44,078 nucleotides of DNA from a virus, in IMG/VR virus record IMGVR_UViG_3300013027_000005, positions 1 to 44,078 of that record. One strand, given 5' to 3'. A program made the position numbers and the translations under genes. Numbering within the stretch: position 1 is the stretch's first letter; each line of letters opens with the position of its first letter. The notes below the pieces were generated by a model. The model was not told the DNA's origin, did not search any database, and saw nothing but the letters and a program-made list of their open reading frames with translations. Positions 33,278 to 41,405 of this stretch are shown here, in pieces.

Positions 33278-33919
33278 ATGGCTAACAGCACAACGACTCT
33301 ACTCGACTCAGTTAACAATATTCTCATTGCAACGGGTGAACGTCCGGTCACAACTCTGACTAGTATCGTGGCCAAGAAAGCCGTCAATACCCTGCGGGAT
33401 GCTCTCGTGGAGTTGGGTACCGAATGGCCGTGGGCAAAGAGCACCCTGACCGCCAGTACCTGGAACACAAACAGAGCAACTCTGACAGGGGCTTCAAAGG
33501 TGAATGGGGTGGCGTTCGGGACAGCATCCAGCGGCAAACGGTTTCTCCAGTACGTGGACTCGTGGGTGTTTGACACTCGGCCTATTGTTGAAGGTATTCC
33601 TATGTATTTCACCCTTCCCGGTTATGGGGAGGTACTAGTCAACCCTTACCCAACCGCGAGCGACCGCTCGTCCGTCCTGTTCTATGTATCTCTGGAACTT
33701 ATCCCCCCTACTACTGCCTCTGGCGTATTCCCCATCCCTGAGCGCTTCATCCCTCTACTTGAAAAGCGAGCCGAATATCTCTATGCCCTACGACATCTCG
33801 ATGACACCGACACAGCACAGCTCCTCGCAGGAGAGTATCAACGACTTCTCCAGCGGTTTCGAGATAATGAGCGCACCGTGCCTACCCGATACACCACAAT
33901 GTTCAGGAACGGTCGGTAA
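33278..33919 (+). CDS. Tail tubular protein A / adaptor-like protein (213 aa from Met 33278)
   Basis: Position and size resemble T7 gp11. The track start at 33254 lies inside the terminator hairpin. Confidence 0.5.
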   Translation: MANSTTTLLDSVNNILIATGERPVTTLTSIVAKKAVNTLRDALVELGTEWPWAKSTLTASTWNTNRATLTGASKVNGVAFGTASSGKRFLQYVDSWVFDTRPIVEGIPMYFTLPGYGEVLVNPYPTASDRSSVLFYVSLELIPPTTASGVFPIPERFIPLLEKRAEYLYALRHLDDTDTAQLLAGEYQRLLQRFRDNERTVPTRYTTMFRNGR

Positions 33920-33929
33920 GGATGGCTGG

Positions 33930-34034
33930 ATGTTGTGTGACCTTTACGAGAGATGGGGCAAGGCTATTGACGCTGTGTCGTTCGCAGGCCCCGCTCGTGA
34001 GCTGGAAAAAGTACTTGAAAACGAGGTTGTGTGA
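33930..34034 (+). CDS. Possible small protein (34 aa), coupled to the next gene
   Basis: My translation is MLCDLYERWGKAIDAVSFAGPARELEKVLENEVV. AGGA lies about 7 nt upstream. Its TGA overlaps ATG 34034 (TGATG). Confidence 0.3.
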   Translation: MLCDLYERWGKAIDAVSFAGPARELEKVLENEVV

Positions 34035-37000
34035 TGGTCCAACAACTACAACAGCAGCCAGAAGACGCCATCCAGAGCTATAACTTTGGGGGACTTATGA
34101 CAGCATCCAACCCCCTGAATATCCCACCAACCCACAGTCCTCTGCTGCTGAACGCTGACATTGACGACAACGGCAACGTCACCAAACGCAAGGGCACACG
34201 GTCAATGCTTTTCCGAGATGGTCCCATAGCTGAGGGGTTTCTCACCATTCCTTTTGTGTCCACCCTTGGTTACAACTACACAGTAACCAAAGAGGACTTG
34301 GCCATCAAGGTGTACAACACACTGGACAACGTGACCAGTTTGCTGCTGACCAAGGAGAACGTCTGGACCAGTGCTGTTAGTCGTGTGAGACCGACCTACG
34401 CCATTACGTCCGAAGCCCAACCCCGCATCATTATGTGTACCGGGGCCAACGCACCCGTGGAGTTGAAGTTCACCGAAAGCAGTTTGGATGTAGCACCTAC
34501 AACAGCCACTACCACTACTGTGTTCGGGAGTGCCTCCCCTTTCAAGAATGCCTCAACCGTTAACTGTTTGGTCTACTTCGACCGTACCCGTGTTGTGTCT
34601 CCCACATTTACATACGACGCAACAACCGGAAACCTCACAGTTGGGGGTCTGCCGAGCCACACAGGAGCACACACGGTTGACCTTGTGTTCGTTGTTTGGG
34701 GTGTGTGGGTCGAAGCCATTCGCCACTTTGGTTATGAGCTTTATGACACCACGACACGTTTTCACGTTGCACAGACCGACAACAATGTAGCAGTCCCAGA
34801 GGGCATATGGGCTGACGCTGAGCCGTTGGGGACCGCACAACTACGCTGGCCTATTCTTGCATACCCAGGTACCACTGGCAGTGGTCATGTTCTTAATGGT
34901 AGTCGTAACCCCGCAACCGCAAACGAGTACAGCTTCAGTGACGGCACAGCATACAAGAAGGACACACCTGTAGTTGGTGTCACAACCAACCCCAGTCCGC
35001 TGTTCATTACGTTTGGAGCCATCACTGCCAGCAGCCCACCCACCGCTGTTCACTTTGTGCGAGGACGTGCCCTTAACTTCCGAGGGAACCTCATTGAAGG
35101 TGTCGAAGCCAACTACTTCCAGGTGTATGTTGATGGTGTTGAGAAGCCTCAGCTCGGTAACCCACACGTACCTTACCAATACGGAACCTGGTCGCTTCGC
35201 TACCACGCTGACTATAACCTGGTGCCTGATGGCGCTACCCCTGCAAAATACATCACATTCGACCGCTACAGTGAAAACCGAGGACTTCCCAAAACAGCTA
35301 TTGTAGACCTCATTCAGAAAAAGAACTACAACAACGTTGGTACGGCATTCTATTTCGAGAACGTTGGACGTGCGACCGACATTGATGGCTGGAGGGTTCC
35401 GGCTTACGGCATCCAAAACTTCAGCAACTACAGAACTAACTCACACCCCCGTAACGTAGCCCTCTACCAGGGACGTTTGGTGTTTGGTGGTTGGAAGGAT
35501 AACCCACTGCTGGTGGCCTTTAGTGCCGTCTACGATGCCAACACTCCTGGCGTTAACTTCCAGTACTTCCAAGTCGGAAGTCAAAATACAAGTCAACTAG
35601 ATGCGCTTGACGTACTGTTGCCGTCATCCAGTGATGACCGCGTGACAGCCATCGTCGAGTGGCAGTCGTCGTTGTTCATTCTTACACGAAAAGCAGTCTT
35701 TCGACTGTACTCTGGTGAGGGTCAACAGCTAAACCTCACGTCTCGTTACGTGTCGTTTGTCTCAAACCGTGGTCTGGTAAACCCACACTGTGTCGTTCGA
35801 ACCGATGACTCTGTGTTGTACCTGACTGACCGGGGCCTCTACTCGTTGGGTAGTGCTACTCAAAGTGGTGAGTACGACACACGAGACAAGAGTGAAAGCA
35901 TCCGAGACATGTTTGGTTTGACCACGAACCTGTCATACGAGTCACTCGCCTGGGTGGCTTGGGATGGTCTTAACCAGTTCGTCTATATCGGGTACCCCAC
36001 TACGGAGTCACTGGCACACGCCAAACGTCTGTTGGTGTACAATAACCATCGTGGGTCGTGGACTGAATACGACACACCAAACGGGTTTAACCCCATCTTC
36101 ATGTCACCCTATACGGACCGGGCTTTGGGGGCGGGAATGATGATGAGCTGCTCCAGGTACAGCGGACTACACATTCTCAAGATGAACAACGACGACACAT
36201 TCATCGACTTTGCCAGGTACGTCAACATGACCACGGCAAACCTGAACACGCTACGCAACCTGGAAGTGGCTGAGATAACCCACACCACCAACACAGGTCA
36301 GCAGGAGTACCGTACGAGCTACTCAACTATTCCGCTGTCCAACATTTACGACAGCATCGTGACTTTGAACGGCGTTGTCCAGGAACCTGGGGTGGACTGG
36401 CGTAAGTTACCCAACGGCAGTATCTGGTTGAACTCACCGCCTGGAGGGGGCATAACCCTCACCATACGAATGAAGGGTACTCACGGCAACTCTCCTGTTT
36501 GTGTGTTTCTGAATGGAGAGCATCTGGATGAAGACGTTCACTACACCGTCAGTGGAAACATTATTTCAATGCTTCCTGGTGTGTTGTCAGACACTGAAAC
36601 GAATGCTGTCATTGTAGGCCAAGTCTACAACTGCATCTACACCAGTCCGATGTTCAGTCGTCAGCGTCTCGATAGCTTTAAACGCCTTCGACACATCCTG
36701 GCCTACTTCGACAACCGTAACCGCAAAGCAAGGCTGAACGCCAACATATCGTGTCTCTACAGCAGTGAGATGGATGGTGAAACCAGTGCCGACATCTACC
36801 AGTTTGATGAGATAGCCTGGGACGTGGACAACCTCACATCATCTCAGTTTCAACTCTTTAAGGAGGCGATACAGGGTGTGGGCTACAGCTTTCAGTTCAT
36901 GTTGTGGTCGTCTGATGAGGCTACCTTCCGTTTGTGTGGCTATCAGATAGACGCAAAACTCAAAGGAAAACGATATGCACACAAAGGAGCAGATGTGTAA
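34031..37000 (+). CDS. Tail tubular protein B / nozzle-like protein (about 988 aa; probable start ATG 34034)
   Basis: It is a large beta-rich ORF after the gp11-like gene, analogous to T7 gp12 by order. No catalytic motif recognised. Confidence 0.55.
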   Translation: MMVQQLQQQPEDAIQSYNFGGLMTASNPLNIPPTHSPLLLNADIDDNGNVTKRKGTRSMLFRDGPIAEGFLTIPFVSTLGYNYTVTKEDLAIKVYNTLDNVTSLLLTKENVWTSAVSRVRPTYAITSEAQPRIIMCTGANAPVELKFTESSLDVAPTTATTTTVFGSASPFKNASTVNCLVYFDRTRVVSPTFTYDATTGNLTVGGLPSHTGAHTVDLVFVVWGVWVEAIRHFGYELYDTTTRFHVAQTDNNVAVPEGIWADAEPLGTAQLRWPILAYPGTTGSGHVLNGSRNPATANEYSFSDGTAYKKDTPVVGVTTNPSPLFITFGAITASSPPTAVHFVRGRALNFRGNLIEGVEANYFQVYVDGVEKPQLGNPHVPYQYGTWSLRYHADYNLVPDGATPAKYITFDRYSENRGLPKTAIVDLIQKKNYNNVGTAFYFENVGRATDIDGWRVPAYGIQNFSNYRTNSHPRNVALYQGRLVFGGWKDNPLLVAFSAVYDANTPGVNFQYFQVGSQNTSQLDALDVLLPSSSDDRVTAIVEWQSSLFILTRKAVFRLYSGEGQQLNLTSRYVSFVSNRGLVNPHCVVRTDDSVLYLTDRGLYSLGSATQSGEYDTRDKSESIRDMFGLTTNLSYESLAWVAWDGLNQFVYIGYPTTESLAHAKRLLVYNNHRGSWTEYDTPNGFNPIFMSPYTDRALGAGMMMSCSRYSGLHILKMNNDDTFIDFARYVNMTTANLNTLRNLEVAEITHTTNTGQQEYRTSYSTIPLSNIYDSIVTLNGVVQEPGVDWRKLPNGSIWLNSPPGGGITLTIRMKGTHGNSPVCVFLNGEHLDEDVHYTVSGNIISMLPGVLSDTETNAVIVGQVYNCIYTSPMFSRQRLDSFKRLRHILAYFDNRNRKARLNANISCLYSSEMDGETSADIYQFDEIAWDVDNLTSSQFQLFKEAIQGVGYSFQFMLWSSDEATFRLCGYQIDAKLKGKRYAHKGADV

Positions 37001-38223
37001 TGGCTGGTGCCCTTCCCATTGTAACTGGTGTCGTTAGTGGTGTTAGCGCTATTGGCGGCATCAGTGCCCGACGCAAGCAGGCGAAAGCCGAAGCTGCATC
37101 CCTCATGGAACAAAAAGCTGCACGTGAGGAACAGACTCGACTACGACTACAAGAACTTGACTTTCAACAAACACTACGTGAAAAGAACCGACTTCTGGAG
37201 CAGATACAGGCGACTCTTGCCTATGACCAACAGAAACAACAACTCGCCTCCAACAACCTTCAAGACCTCCAGCAGCTTCAGACTAACCTATTTGAGAACG
37301 CTCAACAGTACCAACAGGCTGCAACTGGCAGTGTAAAAACCAAAGCCAGTGGTGACCAAGCCATAGGCCAGAGCGCTGAACAGGCAAACCAGGTCATGAG
37401 TCAAGCCCTAGGCGCAAGTACGGAAGGTTTCCAGCAACAGACCGGAACCAATATGCAGGCAGGTCAAGCCCTGGACGAAAAAGCGATGCAAGCCGCCGCT
37501 ATGGAGGGGTTGTTTGCCGCTATGGGTGTCAGTCCTCAGAACAGCCAAGGTTCAATGGGTATGCTTGACGCCAGTGCCAACGAAGCTGCCAAAACCCTCC
37601 AACAACTCACGTCTGCAAACAACAACACCTCTGGAATGGACGCCATCCAAACGGGGTATGCTGCTGACATGGCTGAGCTTATTGCGAAGTCAGGTCTGGT
37701 GAACGCCAACACACTGGATGCAACTGCCGACAACCAGATGGAGTATGCCCGTGCAATGGCTGAGGGCAACCGCAACAACGCCAAGATACAGCGTGACCTG
37801 AACTACACAGGAATGCAGGGGGCTAGGACTGGTGTTGACCTTGGTCGTCTGGCTGAAATAGAGGGTGACAGAAGCACAAACGAGTATGCCCAGAAGCTAT
37901 ATGAGAACCAGAAGGAACTCATTAAGAAAACTGGGGCTTCGGATGCTCGGCTACTGGACATTCAAAAGGGAAGCATTAGCAAGCCTGGACTGTTCAGTAT
38001 GCTAGGCGCAGGCCTTCAGGGTTACAACACCTACCAGAGTATGCGCCCCATGCCCACAGCCGTCCCCATGCCCGGTGCTCGTCCTGTGTCGTCATTCCTG
38101 ACGCAGCAGCCCATACCCCAAGCCGGAGGCATTATGAACAACAACGCCTACCGTGCCATGCTACAAGACAGCCTCAAGGCGTCTGACGGCTCAAGTCCCC
38201 AAGTCTATAACCCACAGTTCTAG
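37000..38223 (+). CDS. Internal virion protein (407 aa from ATG 37000) with an N-terminal TM segment and a Q-rich coiled coil
   Basis: It is TAATG-coupled to the upstream gene. The N-terminus is MAGALPIVTGVVSGVSAIGGI. It occupies a gp13/gp14-like position. Confidence 0.55.
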   Translation: MAGALPIVTGVVSGVSAIGGISARRKQAKAEAASLMEQKAAREEQTRLRLQELDFQQTLREKNRLLEQIQATLAYDQQKQQLASNNLQDLQQLQTNLFENAQQYQQAATGSVKTKASGDQAIGQSAEQANQVMSQALGASTEGFQQQTGTNMQAGQALDEKAMQAAAMEGLFAAMGVSPQNSQGSMGMLDASANEAAKTLQQLTSANNNTSGMDAIQTGYAADMAELIAKSGLVNANTLDATADNQMEYARAMAEGNRNNAKIQRDLNYTGMQGARTGVDLGRLAEIEGDRSTNEYAQKLYENQKELIKKTGASDARLLDIQKGSISKPGLFSMLGAGLQGYNTYQSMRPMPTAVPMPGARPVSSFLTQQPIPQAGGIMNNNAYRAMLQDSLKASDGSSPQVYNPQF

Positions 38224-38285
38224 TCCACTACGCTTCGCTCCGTTCGTCGGTCGAGCGCGACCATCTCTATTTTTGTGTAAAAACC

Positions 38286-41200
38286 ATGCCATTACGACTC
38301 ATCGGTGTCGATAGGCCTGTCGTGAATGCCCAGTTCCAAGCTGGCTCACTGGCCCAAACCAACGACCAAAGTGGCGAAGCACTCGAACAGGGCTCCCAGT
38401 TGCTCCAAAAGGCGGCTGGGACTCTGGCGGGGGCCAACGCTGACATTGCAAAGAATAGCCAACAGATGACTGAGAACACCATCCAAGGTTCTCAACGTGT
38501 TGCCGACAACGCACTTAAGATAGCTGAGGTAGCTGGTCGTCGTCAGGCTGACTTCTCTAAGAACCTCAGTCAGATATCTGAGGGCCTCACCCAGTTTCAA
38601 AACGTTAACTTCAGACGCCAACAGGCACAACTTGAGGCCAACCAAGCCCAAGCGCAGGCCATCGCCAAAACCGAGGAGGCCAACCGCAAGACCGCAGGTG
38701 ACTACGAGTACACACAAGCTAGCACCGAAATGGAGCAGCTTAAGCTGAACGCCTATGACCTCATCAACAAGGAAGGTGAGCCTGCATACGTTCGTCGTGT
38801 ACTCGAAACTGCACAGAAGTATAAGACCCTTACACCTGAACAGATACGAACACTGACCTCAAGTGGCTATGCCGATGCCCAGCGTGTCCAGAAGGACCAG
38901 GTTGAAAAAAAGGTAGCCTACACCAAACAGGTGCAGGAACGCTTAGTTGAGCAGGCTAAGCAAGAAGGCATGATGACCATCAGTGCCCTGGTAACCTCAC
39001 TCGACACACCAATGCCTGCTGACAAACGTCAGGCTAAGTTGAATGAGTTACGTGGGGCGATGGACACGTTCGTTACAGGTGTAGACGGCATTGACGACCT
39101 TGGTCGTATCAGTGTCATCACTGCACTGTTGGAGACTACCAACAAGTACACGGCTGCTGGGATGAATGCGTCCCAGGACCGTGCTCAAGTCATTACTGAC
39201 CTGAAAAACTACTCAGACGCCATTTTACCACTGAGCCTTAAGGTTCAACGTGGTGAGATGACCATTGAGGACTACTACTACGAACGTGCCAAACTCAAAG
39301 CCGCCAACAGCATTACAGGCGCAACACAGTTTGACGACCCGAACGCAGCCCTCCGTTGGCGAGCTGACCAGATGGGCCTCAACTCAACCATCAACCAGTA
39401 CGGCGACGCTGAGCGAAACCGGGCGATGGCACAGATGGAGGTTGACCCCTTCGGTCTGGCACAGATGGTTTACGCTGTTGTGTACGACGCCACTCCCATT
39501 GAAACCTTTACCCTGGACCCTGCTTACAAAGGTACGGCATGGGCAGGCGCTTTGGAGAACGTTGTTGGTGACGTTGAGAAGCTTGAGAAGCTACGTCGTG
39601 AAGGCCCAGTCCGAACCGCCAAGCTTAAGCAGGCCCTAGCAGCCGTCAACAAGCAGGAATACGACAAGTCCTACAGTCTCCTCAAGGAGGCTTACGGCGG
39701 CACTAACCAGGTGTTTGACGTGTTCTCCCAGATGATGGGTGTGACACCTCAAGCCAAGCAACAGATACCCGCTGCTGAGCGTGACGCTGTCATCAAGGGC
39801 TGGTTCCAAAACTCAGCCGCAATGAAGCAGGCGCTTGTTGATGAGTACTCAGGTATTCAAAAGGAGCAGGGAGCCCTGGAGGCCACACTCTCCAAGTACG
39901 GTCTACAGAACGGTAAGTCAAGCTACAACGTCTGGCAGAAGGAGAACCGTCCTCAGATAGAAGCGGCATTAAAACGTCGTAGTGATGTGTTGTTTGGTGC
40001 TTCGAAAGGACCGGAGGCACTACCGGACCCTATTCGGGGCGGTAATGGTTCCACTGCTGCTCTTAAGCGCATTACCGTCAACAACGATAAGGGTAAGAGT
40101 CTCAACATCCCTATCCCATTCAAGAGTTCCGTTGGTAGCCTGAAGATGACCAGTCCGTATGGTATGCGTGTTCACCCCGTACATGGGGGACACAAACACC
40201 ACGACGGTATCGACATTGCGGGGGGAACTGGTAACGACATGGTTGTAGCCATGACTCCTGGCAAGGTGACGTTTGCAGGCCGCATGGGGGGTTACGGTAA
40301 CCGTGTTGAAGTCCGACACGCAGATGGTACCGTCACGACTTACAGTCACCTCTCAAAGATACACCTGAAGCGTGGGCAGATGGTGTATGCGGGTTCAGGC
40401 ATCGGCAACATGGGAACCACTGGCACGTCTACGGGCAACCACCTTCACTTTGAGGTCCGCACTGGGACCGACGAAAACGGTAAGAACGGTCAGAGCATTA
40501 ACCCACTCATCTACCTGGAGCAACTAGCTGCTGGTAAGGTGGGCAGTACTCCTATGCCACGCAACAACACAACTGTTGGACCACATTACGGTCCTGTCAA
40601 GCTACCAGCAGGCTCTATACCCCTGGGTGACGGTACGTACTACTACAAAGGAAAGCGCCATAAAGTTCTCAATGCGACTTTTACGAATGGTGGTGTTGCA
40701 TCTCCTGGAAACACTACTCGAACACATAACAAAGCCAACCCCGTCAGAAGCGGAAAATGGAGCACAAACAAAGCCGACTACGACTGGCCAAATGACGAAA
40801 AGGCCAACTACGGCTACGGAGCGCTTAGCCGTCATGGTCCAAAAGCGACACAAAAGCTCGCCTGGGTTGCCAACAAGCTTGGCATTCCCGCCGTATGGCT
40901 GGCGGACATGTTACACAACGAGAGCGGTTTTAACCCTGATGCTGATAACGGTATTGGATATCAGGGACTCATCCAGTTCAACGCAGACAACCGACGACGC
41001 TACGGTGTCACAACCGGACAAAGCTTCGAGTCACAGATGAATGCTGTGTACAAGTACCTTCATGGCCGTGCTATGGAGATGGGTGGTCTGCACACGCTTC
41101 AACGTGGTCCTGAAAGCGTTATGCTGGCTATCTGGGCTGGCCCTGGACTACACCGTAAGTGGCTGAATGGTGAAAACATAGACGGCGCTGGCGATGGTTG

Positions 41201-41405
41201 GATAAAGTTTGGTGCGTACAAAAAGAAGATGGGCGCTTCGGTTGGACGGCAGTACAACTACGGTGGTTCATCCTCTAGACGTGCCCGTCTGACTACTGGT
41301 TTATCTGCAAAAGCAAACCCGAACACGCGTGAGGGTGCCGCGCTCATAGCTGCTGGCGCGCCTGACGTACCACACTATCACAGTTCAACTGAGGCATTAG
41401 CATGA
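38286..41405 (+). CDS. Internal/ejected virion protein with M23 peptidase and lytic transglycosylase domains (1039 aa)
   Basis: The M23 domain is PYGMRVHPVHGGHKHHDGIDIAG...GNHLHFEVR (about 40150..40470). The SLT-like domain is WLADMLHNESGFNPDADNGIGYQGLIQF (catalytic Glu codon at about 40920). Confidence 0.8.
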   Translation: MPLRLIGVDRPVVNAQFQAGSLAQTNDQSGEALEQGSQLLQKAAGTLAGANADIAKNSQQMTENTIQGSQRVADNALKIAEVAGRRQADFSKNLSQISEGLTQFQNVNFRRQQAQLEANQAQAQAIAKTEEANRKTAGDYEYTQASTEMEQLKLNAYDLINKEGEPAYVRRVLETAQKYKTLTPEQIRTLTSSGYADAQRVQKDQVEKKVAYTKQVQERLVEQAKQEGMMTISALVTSLDTPMPADKRQAKLNELRGAMDTFVTGVDGIDDLGRISVITALLETTNKYTAAGMNASQDRAQVITDLKNYSDAILPLSLKVQRGEMTIEDYYYERAKLKAANSITGATQFDDPNAALRWRADQMGLNSTINQYGDAERNRAMAQMEVDPFGLAQMVYAVVYDATPIETFTLDPAYKGTAWAGALENVVGDVEKLEKLRREGPVRTAKLKQALAAVNKQEYDKSYSLLKEAYGGTNQVFDVFSQMMGVTPQAKQQIPAAERDAVIKGWFQNSAAMKQALVDEYSGIQKEQGALEATLSKYGLQNGKSSYNVWQKENRPQIEAALKRRSDVLFGASKGPEALPDPIRGGNGSTAALKRITVNNDKGKSLNIPIPFKSSVGSLKMTSPYGMRVHPVHGGHKHHDGIDIAGGTGNDMVVAMTPGKVTFAGRMGGYGNRVEVRHADGTVTTYSHLSKIHLKRGQMVYAGSGIGNMGTTGTSTGNHLHFEVRTGTDENGKNGQSINPLIYLEQLAAGKVGSTPMPRNNTTVGPHYGPVKLPAGSIPLGDGTYYYKGKRHKVLNATFTNGGVASPGNTTRTHNKANPVRSGKWSTNKADYDWPNDEKANYGYGALSRHGPKATQKLAWVANKLGIPAVWLADMLHNESGFNPDADNGIGYQGLIQFNADNRRRYGVTTGQSFESQMNAVYKYLHGRAMEMGGLHTLQRGPESVMLAIWAGPGLHRKWLNGENIDGAGDGWIKFGAYKKKMGASVGRQYNYGGSSSRRARLTTGLSAKANPNTREGAALIAAGAPDVPHYHSSTEALA

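Noticed and set aside
34841-35416. 191-aa minus-strand ORF (also 41650..42153 and 43174..43704 on the minus strand)
   Set aside because: They are shadow ORFs inside the tubular B-like gene and inside the junction-spanning giant gene. Their composition is biased (Ser/Thr/Arg/Val runs).
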